DNA from: the human T2T-CHM13v2.0 reference genome, Homo sapiens
Length of the DNA: 64,000 nucleotides
Strand: one strand, 5' to 3'
Assembly (NCBI RefSeq): GCF_009914755.1
Contig: NC_060948.1
Shown in pieces: positions 1 to 14,500 of this stretch; position 1 is the stretch's first letter, and each line of letters starts with the position of its first letter. The position numbers were made by a program, and so were the translations under genes. The notes under the pieces are model-generated. The model searched no databases. It was given only the letters and a program-made list of their open reading frames with translations, and was not told the DNA's origin.

Positions 1-378
1 AGGAATGGAATGGAATGGAGTGGACTCAAAAGGAATGGACTCGAAAGGAATGGAGTCCAACCAAATTGAATGAAATGGATTGGAGTCGAACAGAATGGAA
101 TGGAATGGAATGAACTCGACTGGAGTAGAGAGGAATGTAAAGGAATAGAATGGAATGTAATCAAATGGATTGCAAGTGAATGGAATCAAAAATAATAGAA
201 AGGAATGGAGTGTAAAGGGATCATATTGAATATAATGGAATGGAATGGAATTTAATGGAATGGAGTTGAAGGAATGGACAGGAATGTAATGGACTCCAAT
301 GGAATGGAATGGATGAAAATGGATTTGAACAGATTGGAATCGAACGGAATGGAATGCAATGGAATGGAATGGACTCGA
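1..378 (+). repeat. Partial 3' end of a preceding ~5.6-kb higher-order unit (L0)
   Basis: 1-378 aligns with 5593-5970 at an offset of 5592 (shared GGAGTGGACTCAAAAGG, TCCAACCAAATTG, CAAAAATAATAGAAAGG, GGATTTGAACAGATTGG). Confidence 0.9.
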
Positions 379-3300
379 ATGGAGAAGAGACAAATGGAAT
401 GGAAACGAATTCAATGGAATTGAAAAGAATAGGATGGAATGGCGTGTAATGGTAAGATACTAAATGGAATGGAATTGAATGGAATGGAATGGACCCAAAT
501 GTAATGCACTCGAAAGGAATATACTCAAATAGAATGGAATCGAAAGGAAAGGTCTCAAATGGAATTTATTCAATACAATGGAATCGAATGGAATGCAATA
601 GAATGGAATGGAATCGAATGTAATGGAATCAAATAGAATGGACCAGAATGGAATGGACTGCCATAGAACGGACTGCAGTGTAATGGATTGAATTCTAATT
701 CATTCAAATGGAATGGAATTGAATGGAATGGAATCCAATGGAATGGATAGGATTGTACTGGAATGGAATAGCATGGAATGCAACGGAGTGGAATGGAGTT
801 GAATGAAGTGGAATGGAATCGATTGGAATGGAATCAAATGGAATGGACGGGAATGGAATGGACTGGAAGAGAACAGACTCGAATTTAATGGATTGCACTG
901 TAATTGATTCAAATGGAATGGAATCGAATGGAATGTAATAAAATTGAAGGGATTTGAGTTCAATGCAATGGAATAGAATGGAATGCAAAGGAAAGGAAAG
1001 GAACGGAGTGAAATCGAGTGTAATGGAATCGAATGGAATGAAATGGAATGGAATGGACTCAAAAGAAATGGACGAGGGACAAAACGGAATCGAACTGATT
1101 GGAATCGAACGGAACGGAATGGAATGGAATGGTCTCCATTGGATTGGAGTAGAACGGACTGGAATGGAATGGAATGAAATGGAATGGAAAGGAATAGAAT
1201 GGAACGGAATGGAATGGAATGGAATGGAATGGAAGGTAATGGAAAGATATCGAACGGATTGGAAAGGAATGGAATGGACCCTAATGGAATGGAATAGAAT
1301 TCAACAGAAACGAATGGAATGGACTGGAGTGAAATGGAGTCGAATGTAATTGACTGGAGTGGAATGGACTCGAAAGGAATGGACTCGAATAGAATGGACT
1401 GGAATGGATTGTACTCGAATGGAGTGGAAAGGAATACAATGGATTCCACCAGATTGGAATGGAACAGAATGTAATGGAATGGAATGGAATGCAATGGAAT
1501 AGCTCCAATGGAATGGAGTCGAATGCAATGGAACAGAAAGGAAAGGAATTGAATGGAATTGAAAGGAATAGAACAAAATGGAGTGCAAAGGAAAGATATC
1601 GAATGGAATGGATCGAAAAGAAATCGAATGGAATGGACAGGAATGGAATGGAATAGAATGGAATAGACTGGCGTGCAATGAAAACGAATGGAATGGAAAC
1701 GAATGGAATGCAATGGAAAGGAATGGAGTAGAATAAATACTATGGAATGGAATGGAGGCGAAAGGAAAAGAATGGATTGGAATGTCACCGAATGGAAAGA
1801 TATGGAATGGAAAGGAATGGATACGAATGGAATGGAATAGAAAGGAACGGAAAGGTAAAGAATGGAATGGAATCGGATAGAATGGAATGCAATGTAATGG
1901 AGTCGAATGGAAAATAATCGTGTAGAATGATATCGAATGGAATGGAATTGAATGGAATGGAATGGAATGGACTCGAATGGAATGTACTCAAATGGATTAG
2001 AATAGAATGGAATGGAACTAAACGTAATGAACTCGAATGGAATGGACACAAATAGAATGGAAGAGAAAGGAATGGTATTGAATGGAATTTATTCGAATAG
2101 AGTGGAATTCAATGGAATGCAACAGTGTGGCATGGAATCAAATGGAATGGAATCGAATGGAATGGACCCGAGTGGAATGGACTCACATAGAACAGCCTCG
2201 AATGTAATGGATGACAATGTATTAGATTCGAAAGGACTGAAATCGAATGGAATGTAATCAAGTAGAACGGAATTGAATGCATGGAATGGCATGGAAAGTA
2301 ACGCAATGGAATGGAATAGACTGGAATGGAATGGAATCGGATGGAATGTAATGAAATGTAATGGAAGGAATGCCATGGAATGGAATGGAATGGAATGCAA
2401 TGGGACGGTGTATAATGGAGTGCAATGGATTTCAGTGGAATGTAGTCCAAAGGAAAGAAATATAATGGAATTCAATAAAATGGAATGGCATCCAATGGCA
2501 AGGAATGGAGCGGACTCCAATGGAAACGACATGAAAGGAATATAATATAATGAAATGGCATTGAACGAAATGGAATGCAATGGAGTTAAAAGGTAAAATA
2601 TCGAATGGAAAAGAATTGAATGGACTCGAAAGGAATATAATGGAATGGAATGGACTCGAATGGAATGTACTAGAGTTGAATGGAATCGAATGGAATGGAA
2701 AACAATGGAAAGGAAAGGAAGGGAATTGAAAGGAAAGGAATAGAATGGAATGGAATCGGATGGAACGGAATTGAATGGAATGGAAACTAAAGGAATAGAA
2801 TAGAAAGGAATCGCATTGAATGGAATGGAATGGAATGGAATCAGATGGAACAGAAAGGAATGGAATAGAATCGAATGGAATGGCATCGAATGGATGGAAT
2901 GGAATGGAATGGAATGGAATAGAAAGGTATGGAATGGACTCGAATGGAATGTACTCAAATGGAATAGAATAGAATGGAATGGAAGTAAATATAATGGACT
3001 CGAATGGAATGCATTGGAATAAATTGGAATTGAGTGTATTGGATTCGAATGGAAAGGAATGGAATGGAATGGAATGGAGTGGAATGGATTGGAATGGAAT
3101 GGAATCGAATGGAATTTAACGAATTGTAATGTAATTGAATGGAGTCAAAAACGGTAGAAAGAAATAGAGTTTCATCGAATGATATCGAATGGAATTGAAT
3201 GGAATGTACGCGAATGGAATGGACCGGAATGGAATGGAGTGACATGTAACGGAATCGAAAGGAATGGAATCCAATGAAATGGAATTGAATGGAATAGAAA

Positions 3301-5970
3301 TGAATAGAATGGAATGGAGATTAATGGAAAGATATTAAAATAATGGAATGGAATTGAGTGGATACGAATGGAATGGACTGGAATGGAAAGGACTCGAATG
3401 AAATGGAGCGCATTAGAATGGACTCGAATGGAATGGATTGGAGTGGAATGGTCTCGAATGGATTGGAAAGGAATGGAATGGAAAGGAATAGAATGGAATG
3501 TAATCAAATGGAACGAAATGGAATGGAATGGATTCGACTGGAGCAGAATTGAATGGAGTGGAATTGAATGGAATGGAATGCAATCGAATGGAATGGACAC
3601 GAATCGAATAGAATGAAATGAAATGGCATAGAATGGAATGGAATGGAATAGAAAGGAATGGAATGGAATGGAACGGAATGGAATGGCATGGAATGGAATG
3701 GCATGGCATGGAATGGAATGGAATGGAATGGAATGAAATGGATTGGACGGGGATGGGCCCAAAAGTAATAGACTCAAATAAAAGGGACTCAAATAGAATG
3801 AAGTGGAAAGAAACGGTCTCGAATGTAATTTATTCGAATAGAATGATATTGAATGGAATGCAATAGTATGGAATGGTATCGAATATAATGGAATAGAATG
3901 CAATGGAATGGAACGGAATGGAGTGCAATTGAACGGACTCAAATGCATTAAATTGCAACATAATTGATTCAAATGGAATGGAATCGAATAGAATGTAAAC
4001 AAATGGAATGGAAGGCAATGCAATGGAAAGCAATCGAATGAAATGGAATAAATGGAATGGAATGGAATGGAATGGAAAGGACGCGAATATATTGGACAGT
4101 TAAGGAAAGGTGTCAAATCGAATTTATTCCAATAGAATGGAATCGAATGGAATGCAATACTATTGAATCGAATCGAATGAAATGGAATTGAATGGAATGG
4201 ACAGGAATGGAATGACCTGGAAGTGAATGGACAGGAACGTAGTATATTGCAATGTAATTTATTCTAATGGAATGGAATGCAATCGAATGGAATGGACTCG
4301 ATTGGAATGGACTGGAGTGGAATGGACTCAAATGGAATGGCAAGGAATGGAATGGAATGGAATGGAAAGCAAAGGAATCTACTGGAATAGAATCGAACGG
4401 AACAGAATGGAATGGAATGTAATGGAGTGGAATGGACTCGAATGGAATGTATTCGAATGTAATGGACCTAAAAAGGAATGGAATCCAATGGAATGGAATT
4501 GAATGGAATCAAAAGGAATAGAAAGGAATAGAGTGTAATTGAATGATATCGAAAGGAAGGGAATGGCATGAACTCGAATGGAATGCACTGGAATGGAATG
4601 GACTCGATCAGAACGGACCGGAGAGGAATGTACACAAATGGAATGGAAACGAATGGAATGGAATGAAATGGAATGGAATGAAATGGAATTGAAAGGAACG
4701 GAATCAAATGGAATGGAATGGAATGGAATGGATTGGAATAGAATGGATTCAAATAAAATAGAATCGATGGGAATGGTATTGAATGAAAGGGACTTGAATG
4801 GAATGGAAAGCAATGGAAGATATTGGAATCGAATGGCATCGAATGAAATGGAATGGAACGGAATGGAACGGAACCGAATGGAATGGAATGGACTCAAATG
4901 TAATGGACACCAATGGAATCGACTGAAATATAATAGTATTGAAAGGAATGGCCTCGAGCGGAATTTATTTGAATAGAATGGAATCAAATGGAATACAATA
5001 CCATTGAATGGAATCGAATGGAATGGAATCGAATGGAATGTAATCAAATGGAATGGAACGGAATTCAATATAATGGAGTAGAATGGAATGCATTGGAAAG
5101 GAGCAGAGTGGAATCAAGTGGAATGGAATCGAGTGGAATGGAATCAATGGGAACAAAATCGAATTGAATGGACTTGAATGGAATTGACTCGAAAGGAACG
5201 GACTGGAACAAAAAGGAATCAAATGGACAGGAATGGGATGGAATGGACACGAATGGAATGGAGTCAAATGCAAACGCATCGAATGGAATGGATTGAAATG
5301 GAATGCAGTGGAATGGAACAGAAAGGAAGAGAATGGAATTGAGAGTAATGGAAAGATATCGATTGGAATGAAATGGAATGGAAAGGAATTGAATGGAAAG
5401 GAATGGAGTGGAAAGAAATGGATTGGAATGGAATGGTCTCCAATGGAATGGACTGGAGTGGAATGGAATCGAATAGAATGAAAAGAATGGAACGGAATGG
5501 AACGGAAAGGAATAGAATGTTATGGAATCCGATTGGACAGAATGGAATGGAATGGAGTTTCATGAAATGGAGTCGAATAGAGTGTCATCAAAAGGAATGG
5601 AATGGAATGGAGTGGACTCAAAAGGAATGGACTCGAAAGGAATGAAGTCCAACCAAATTGAATCAAATGGATTGGAGTCGAACAGAATGGAATGGAATGG
5701 AATGAACTCGACTGGAGTAGAGAGGAATGTAAAGGAATAGAATGGAATGTAATCAAATGGATTGCAAGTGAATGGAATCAAAAATAATAGAAAGGAATGG
5801 AGTGTAAAGGGATGATATTGAATATAATGGAATGGAATGGAATTTAATGGAATGGAGACGAAGGAATGGACAGGAATGTAATGGACTCCAATGGAATGGA
5901 ATGTATCAAAATGGATTTGAACAGATTGGAATCGAACGGAATGGAATGCAATGGAATGGAATGGACTCGA
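379..5970 (+). repeat. Long higher-order unit L1 (5592 bp), the most diverged copy
   Basis: Unit start set arbitrarily at ATGGAGAAGAGACAAATGG. Markers: CTGCCATAGAACGGACTGCAG (PstI at 673), GGATTCCACCAG (1441), GGGCCC (3755), GGCCTCGAGCGG (4950). The next PstI site is at 6265. Confidence 0.9.
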
Positions 5971-8900
5971 ATGGAGAAGAGACAAATGGAATGGAAACGA
6001 ATTCAATGGAATTGAAAAGAATAGGATGGAATGGCGTGTAATGGTAAGATACTAAATGGAATGGAATTGAATGGAATGGAATGGACCCAAATGTAATGCT
6101 CTCGAAAGGAATATACTCAAATAGAATGGAATCGAAAGGAAAGGTCTCAAATGGAATTTATTCAATACAATGGAATCGAATGGAATGCAATAGAATGGAA
6201 TGGAATCGAATGTAATGGAATCAAATAGAATGGACCAGAATGGAATGGACTGCCATAGAACGGACTGCAGTGTAATGGATTGAATTCTAATTCATTCAAA
6301 TGGAATGGAATTGAATGGAATGGAATCCAATGGAATGGATAGGATTGTACTGCAATGGAATAGCATGGAATGCAACGGAGTGGAATGGAGTTGAATGAAG
6401 TGGAATGGAATCGATTGGAATGGAATCAAATGGAATGGACGGGAATGGAATGGACTGGAAGAGAACAGACTCGAATATCATGGATTGCAATGTAATTGAT
6501 TCAAATGGAATGGAATCGAATGGAATGTAATAAAATTGAAGGGATTGGAGTTCAATGCAATGGAATTGAATGGAATGCAAAGGAAAGGAAAGGCACGGAG
6601 TGAAATCGAGTGTAATGGAATCGAATGGAATGAAATCGAATGGAATGGACTCAAAAGAAATGGACGAGGGACAAAACGGAATCGAACTGATTGGAATCGA
6701 ATGGAACGGAATGGAATGGAATGGACTCCATTGGATGGGAGTAGAACGGATTGGAATGAAATGGAATGGAAAGGAATAGAATGGAATGGAAAGGAAGGGA
6801 AGGTAACGGAAAGATATCGAACGGATTGGAAAGGAATGGAATGGACGCTAATGGAATGGATTGGAATTCAACAGAAACGAATGGAATGGACTGGAGTGAA
6901 ATGGAGTCGAATGTAATTGACTGGAGAGGAATGGACTCGAAAGGAATGGACTCGAATAGAATGGACTGGAATGGATTGTACTCGAATTGAGTGGAAAGGA
7001 ATAAAATGGATTCCACCAGATTGGAATGGAACAGAATGTAATGGAATGGAATGGAATGCAATGGAATGGCTCGAATGGAATGGAGTCGAATGCAATGGAA
7101 GAGAAAGGAAAGGAATTGAATGGAATTGAAAGTAATAGAATTAAAAGGAGTGCAAAGGAAAGATATCGAATGGAATGGATCGAAAAGAAATAGAATGGAA
7201 TGGACATGAATGGAATGGAATAGAATGGAATAGACTGGCGTGCAATGAAAACGAATGGAATGGAAACAAATGGAATGGAATGGAAAGGAATGGAGTAGAA
7301 TAAATACTATGGAATGGAATGGAATGGAATGGAATGGAATGGAATGGAGGCGAAAGGAAAAGAATGGATTGGAATGTCAACGAATGGAAAGATATGGAAT
7401 GGAAAGGAATGGATACGAATGGAATGGAATAGAAAGGAATGGAAAGGTAAAGAATGGAATGGAATCGGACAGAATGGAATGCAATGTAATGGAGTCGAAT
7501 GGAAAATAATCGAGTAGAATGATATCGAATGGAATGGAATTTAATGTAATGGAATGGAATGGAATGGACTCGAATGGCATGTACTCAAATGGATTAGAAT
7601 AGAATGGAATGGAACTAAACGTAATGAACTCGAATGGAATGGACACAAATAGAATGGAAGAGAAAGAAATGGTATTGAATGGAATTTATTCGAATAGAAT
7701 GGAATTCAATGGAATGCAACAGTGTGGCATGGAATCAAATGGAATGGAATCGAATGGAATGGACCCGAGTGGAATGGACTCACATAGAACAGCCTCGAAT
7801 ATAATGGATGACAATGTATTAGATTCGAAAGGACTGAAATCGAATGGAATGTAATCAAATAGAACGGAATTGAATGCATGGAATGGCATAGAAAGTAATG
7901 CAATGGAATGGAATAGACTGGAATGGAATGGAATCGGATGGAATGTAATGAAATGTTATGGAAGGAATGCTATGGAATGGAATGGAATGGAATACAATGG
8001 GACGGTGTATAATGGAGTGCAATGGATTTCAGTGGAATGTAGTCAAAAGGAATGAAATAGAATGGAATTCAATATAATGGAATGGCACCCAATGGCAAGG
8101 AATGGAGCGGACTCCAATGGAAAAGACATGAAAGGAATATAATATAATGGAATGGCATTGAACGAAATGGAATGCAATGGAGTTAAAAGGTAAAATATCG
8201 AAGGGGAAAGAATTGAATGGACTCGAAAGGAATATAATGGAATGGAATGGACTCGAATGGAATGTACTAGGGTTGAATGGAATCGAAAGGAATGGAAAAC
8301 AATGGAAAGGAAAGGAAGGGAATTGAAAGGAAAGGAATGGAATGGAATCGGATGGAACAGAATTGAATGGAATGGAAACTAAAGGAATAGAATAGAAAGG
8401 AATGGCATTGAATGGAATGGAAATGAATGGAATCAGATGGAACAGAAAGGAATGGAATAGAATCGAATGGAATGGCATCGAATGGATTGGAATGGAATGT
8501 AATGGAATGGAATGGAAAGGAATGGAATGGACTCGAATGGAATGTACTCAAATGGAATAGAATAGAATGGAATGGAAGTAAATATAATGGACTCGAGTGG
8601 AATGGATTGGAAGAAATTGGAATTGAATGTATTGGATTCGAATGGAAAGGAATGGAATGGAATGGAATGGAATGGAATGGAATGGAAAGCAATGGAATGG
8701 ATTCGAATGGAATGGAACGAATTGGATTGTAATTGAATGGAGTCGAAAACAGTAGAAAGAAAAGAAGTTTAATCGAATGATATCGAATGGAATTGAATGG
8801 AATGTACGCGAATGGAATGGACTGGAATGGAATGGAATGGAATGACATGTAATGGAATCGAAAGGAATGGAATCGAATGAAATGGAATTGAATGGAATAG

Positions 8901-11528
8901 AAAGGAATAGAATGGAATGGAGTTTAATGGAAAGATATTAAAAGTAATGGAATGGAATTGAGTGGACACAAATGGAAAGGAATGGAATGGAAAGGACTCG
9001 AATGAAATGGACCGCATTAGAATGGACTCGAATGGAACGGATTGGTGTGGAATGGTCTCGAATGGATTGGAAACGAATGGAATGGAAAAGAATAGAATGG
9101 AATGTAATCAAATGGAACGAAATGGAATGGAATGGATTCAACTGGAACAGAATTGAATGGAGTGGAATTGAATGGAATGGAATGCAATCGAATGGAATGG
9201 ACACGAATCGAATAGAATGAAATGATATGGCATAGAATGGAATGGAATGGAATGGAATGGAATGGAATGGAATGGAATGGCATGGAATGGAATGGAATGG
9301 CATGGAATGAAATGGATTGGAATGGGATGGGCCCAAAAGTAATGGACTAAAATAAAAGGGACTCAAATAGAATGAATTGTAAAGAAACGTTCTCGAATGT
9401 AATTTATTCGAATAGAATGATATTGAATGGAATGCAATAGTATGGAATGGTATCGAATAGAATGGAATGGAATGGAACTTAATGGAGTGCATTTGAACGG
9501 ACTCAAATGCAATAAATGGCAATATAATTGATTCAAATGGAATGGAATCGAATAGAATGTAAACAAATGGAATGGAAGGCAATGCAATGGAAAGGAATCG
9601 AATGAAATGGAATAAATGGGATGGAATCGAATGGAGAGGACACGAATATAATGGAATGTCAAGGAAAGGTCTCGAATCGAATTTATTCCAATAGAATGGA
9701 ATCGAATGGAATGCAATACTATTGAATCAAATCGAATGGAATGGAATTGAATGGAATGGACAGGAATGGAATGAACTGGAAGTGAATAGACAAGAACATA
9801 ATATATTGCAATGTAATTTATTCAAATGGAATGGAATGCAATAGAATGGAATGGACGCGATTGCAATGGACTGGAGTTGAATGGACTGAAATGGAATTTA
9901 AACGAATGTAATGGAATGGAACGGAAAGCAAAGGAATCTACCGGAATGGAATCGAACGGAACAGAAAGGAATGGAATGGAGTGGAATGGACTCGAATGGA
10001 ATGTATTCGAATGTAATGGACCGGAAAGGAATGGAATCCAATGGAATGGAATTGAATGGAATCAAAAGGAATAGAAAGGAATAGAGTGTAATTGAATGAT
10101 ATCGAATGGAAGGGAATGGAATGAAGTCGAATGGAATGCACTGGAATGGAATGGACTCAATCAGAACGGACTGGAGAGGAATGTACACAAATGGAATGGA
10201 AACGAATGGAATGGAATGAAATGGAATGGAATGCAATGGAATTGAAAGGAACGGAATCAAAAGGAATGGAATGGAATGGATTGGAATAGAATGGATTCAA
10301 ATAAAATAGAATCGATTGCAATGGTATTGAATGGAAGGGACTTGAATGGAATGGAAAGCAAAGGAAGATATTGGAATCGAATGGCATCGAATGAAATGGA
10401 ATGGAACGGAATGGAACGGACCCGAATGGAATGGAATGGACTCAAATGTAATGGACTCGAATGGAATCGACTGAAATATAATAGACTCGAAAGGAATGGC
10501 CTCGAGCGGAATTTATTTGAATAGAATGGAATGAAATGGAATACAATAGTATGGAATGGAATCGAATGGAATGGAATCGAATGGAATGTAATCAAAGGGA
10601 ATGCAACGGAATTCAATATAATGGAGTAGAATGGAATGCATTGGAAAGGAGCAGAGTGGAATCGAGTGGATTGGAATCGAGTGGAATGGAATCAAAGGGA
10701 ACAAAATCAAATTGAATGGACTTGAATGGAATTGAGTCGAAAGGAATTGACTCGAAAGGAATGGACTGGAACAAAAAGGAATCAAATGGACAGGAATGGA
10801 ATGGAATGGACTCGAATGGAATGGAGTCAAATGCAAACGCATCGAATGGAATGGATTCAAATGGAATGCAATTGAATGGAATAGAAAGGAAGAGAATGGA
10901 ATTGAGAGTAATGGAAAGATATCGATTGGAATGAAATGGAATGGAAAGGAATTGAATGGAAAGGAAAGGACTCGAAAGAAATGGGTTGGAAAGGAATGGT
11001 CACCAATGGAATGGACTGGAGTGGAATGGAATCGAATGGAATGAAAAGAATGGAACGGAATGGAACGGAAAAGAATAGAATGTTATGGAATCCGATTGGA
11101 CAGAATGGAATGGAATGCAGTTTCATGAAATGGAGTCGAATAGAGTGGCATGAAAAGGAATGGAATGGAGTGGACTCAAAAGGAATGGACTCGAAAGGAA
11201 TGGAGCCGAACCAAATTGAATCAAATGGATTGGAGTCGAACAGAATGGAATGGAATGGAATGAACTCGACTGGAGTAGAGAGGAATGAAAAGGAATAGAA
11301 TGGAATGTAATCAAATGGATTGCAAGTGAATGGAATCAAAAATAATAGAAAGGAATGGAGTGTAAAAGGATGATATTTAATTAAATGGAATGGAAAGGAA
11401 TTTAATGGAATGGAGTCGAAGGAATGGACAGGAATGTAATGGACTCCAATGGAATGGAATGGATCAAAATGAATTTGAACAGATTGGAATCGAACGGAAT
11501 GGAATGCAATGAAATGGAATGGACTCGA
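5971..11528 (+). repeat. Long higher-order unit L2 (5558 bp); its last 1.37 kb is the first copy of short array 1
   Basis: Same marker order as L1 (PstI 6265, TTCCACCAG ~7011, GGGCCC ~9329). At 11529 the sequence re-enters TCAGAACGG instead of continuing into ATGGAGAAGAGAC. Confidence 0.88.
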
Positions 11529-14500
11529 TCAGAACGGACTGGAGAGGAATGTACACAAATGGAATGGAAACAAAAGGAATGGAATGAAATGGAATTGAAA
11601 GGAACGGAATCAAATGGAATGGAATGGAATGGATTGGAATAGAATGGATTCAAATAAAATAGAATCGATTGCAATGGTATTGAATGGAAGGGACTTGAAT
11701 GGAATGGAAAGCAATGGAAGATATTGGAATAGAATGGCATCGAATGAAATGGAATGGAACGGAATGGAACGGACCGGAATGGAATGGAATGGACTCAAAT
11801 GTAATGGACTCGAATGGAATCGACTGAAATATAATAGACTCGAAAGGAATGGCCTCGAGCGGAATTTATTTGAATAGAATGGAATCATATGGAATACAAT
11901 AGTAGGGAATGGAATCGAATGGAATGTAATCGAATGGAATGTAATCAAATGGAATGGAACGGAATTCAATATAATGGAGTAGAATGGAATGCATTGGAAA
12001 GGAGCAGAGTGGAATCGAGTGGATTGGAATCGAGTGGAATGGAATCAAAGGGATCGAAATCGAATTGAATGGACTTGAATGGAATTGAGTCGAAAGGAAT
12101 TGACTCGAAAGGAATGGACTGGAACAAAAAGGAATCAAATGGACAGGAATGGAATGGAATGGACTCGAATGGAATGGAGTCAAATGCAAACGCATCGAAT
12201 GGAATGGATTCAAATGGAATGCAATTGAATGGAATAGAAAGGAAGAGAATGGAATTGAGAGTAATGGAAAGATATCGATTGGAATGAAATGGAATGGAAA
12301 GGAATTGAATGGAATGGAATGGACTCGAAAGAAATGGATTGGAATGGAATGGTCTCCAAAGGAATGGACTGGAGTGGAATGGAATCGAATGGAAAGAAAA
12401 GAATGGAACGGAATGGAACGGAAAGGAATAGAATGTTATGGAATCCGATTGGACAGAATGGAATGGAATGCAGTTTCATGAAATGGAGTCGAATAGAGTG
12501 GCATCAAAAGGAATGGAATGGAGTGGACTCAAAAGGAATGGACTCGAAAGGAATGGAGTCGAACCAAATTGAATCAAATGGATTGGAGTCGAACAGAATG
12601 GAATGGAATGGAATGAAGTCGACTGGAGTAGAGAGGAATGAAAAGGAATAGAATGGAATGTAATCAAATGGATTGCAAGTGAATGGAATCAAAAATAATA
12701 GAAAGGAATGGAGTGTAAAGGGATGATATTGAATTAAATGGAATGGAATGGAATTTAATGGAATAGAGCCGAAGGAATGGACAGGAATGTAATGGACTGT
12801 AATGGAATGGAATGGATCAAAATGGATTTGAACAGATTGGAATCGAACGGAATGAAATGCAATGAAATGGAATGGACTCGATCAGAAAGGACAGGAGAGG
12901 GATGTACACAAATGGAATGGAAACGAAAGGAATGGAATGAAATGGAATGGAATGCAATGTAATTGAAAGGAACGGAATCAAATTGAACGGAATGGAATGG
13001 AATGGAATGGATTGGAATAGAATGGATTCAAATAAAATAGAATCGATTGCAATGGTATTGAATGGAAAGGACTTGAATGGAATGGAAAGCAATGGAAGAT
13101 ATTGGAATCGAATGGCATCGAATGAAAGGGAATGGAACGGAATGGAACGGAGCGGAATGCAACGGAATGGACTCAAATGTAATGGACTCGAATGGAATCG
13201 ACTGAAATATAATAGACTCGAAAGGAATGGCCTCGAGCGGAATTTATTTGAATAGAATGGAATCAAATGGAATACAATAGTATGGAATGGAATCGAATGG
13301 AATGGAATCGAATGGAATGTAATCAAATGGAAGGGAACAGAATTCAATATAATTTAGTAGAATGGAATGCATTGGAAAGGAGCAGAGTGGAATCGAGTGG
13401 ATTGGAATCGAGTGGAATGGAATCAAAGGGAACGAAATCGAATTGAATGGACTTGAATGGAATTGAGTCGAAAGGAATTGACTCGAAAGGAATGGACTGG
13501 AACAAATAGGAATCAAATGGACAGGAATGGAATGGAATGGACTCGAATGGAATGGAGTCAAATGCAAACGCATCGAATGGAATGGATTCAAATGGAATGC
13601 AATTGAATGGAATAGAAAGGAAAAGAATGGAATTGAGAGTAATGGAAAGATATCGATTGGAATGAAATGGAATGGAAAGGAATTGATTGGAAAGGAAAGG
13701 ACTCGAAAGAAATGGGTTGGAATGGAATGGTTTCCAATGGAATGGACAGGAGTGGAATGGAATCGAATGGAATGAAAAGAATGGAACGGAATGGAACGGA
13801 AAGGAATAGAATGTTATGGAATCCGATTGGACAGAATGGAATGGAATGCAGTTTCATGAAATGGAGTCGAATAGAGTGGCATCAAAAGGAATGGAATGGA
13901 GTGGACTCAAAAGGAATGGACTCGAATGGAATGGAGTCGAACCAAATTGAATCAAATGGATTGGAGTCGAACAGAATGGAATGGAATGGAATGAAGTCGA
14001 CTGGAGTAGAGAGGAATGAAAAGGAATAGAATGGAATGTAATCAAATGGATTGCAAGTGAATGGAATCAAAAATAATAGAAAGGAATGGAGTGTAAAAGG
14101 ATGATATTTAATTATATGGAATGGAATGGAATTTAATGGAATGGAGTCGAAGGAATGGACAGGAATGTAATGGACTCCAATGGAATGGAATGGATCAAAA
14201 TGGACTTGAACAGATTGGAATCGAACGGAATGGAATGCAATGAAATAGAATGGACTCGATCAGAACGGACTGGAGAGGAATGTACACAAATGGAATGGAA
14301 ACGAATGGAATGGAATGAAATGGAATGGAAGGCAATGGAATTGAAAGGAACGGAATCAAATGGAATGGAATGGAATGGAATGGATTGGAATAGAATGGAT
14401 TCAAATAAAATAGAATCGATTGCAAAGGTATTGAATGGAAGGGACTTGAATGGAATGGAAAGCAATGGAAGATATTGGAATCGAATGGCATCGAATGAAA

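Noticed and set aside
700-2049. 449-aa minus-strand ORF and the other long F/H/S/I/P-rich ORFs (e.g. 25739-26926, 35658-36656)
   Set aside because: (ATTCC)n has no stop codon in any frame and translates as IPFHS repeats. There are no domains, ORFs overlap in all frames, and their ends shift with single SNVs between repeat copies.
2707-2740. Purine run GGAAAGGAAAGGAAGGGAA as a possible triplex or ETS microsatellite
   Set aside because: It is only ~19 nt uninterrupted, is expected from T>A/G changes on a purine-rich strand, and is not a (GGAA)n tract.
5653-5668. AAATTGAATCA as a DUX4-like site in each unit
   Set aside because: It mismatches the TAA start of the DUX4 consensus, and near-matches are expected by chance in this sequence composition.
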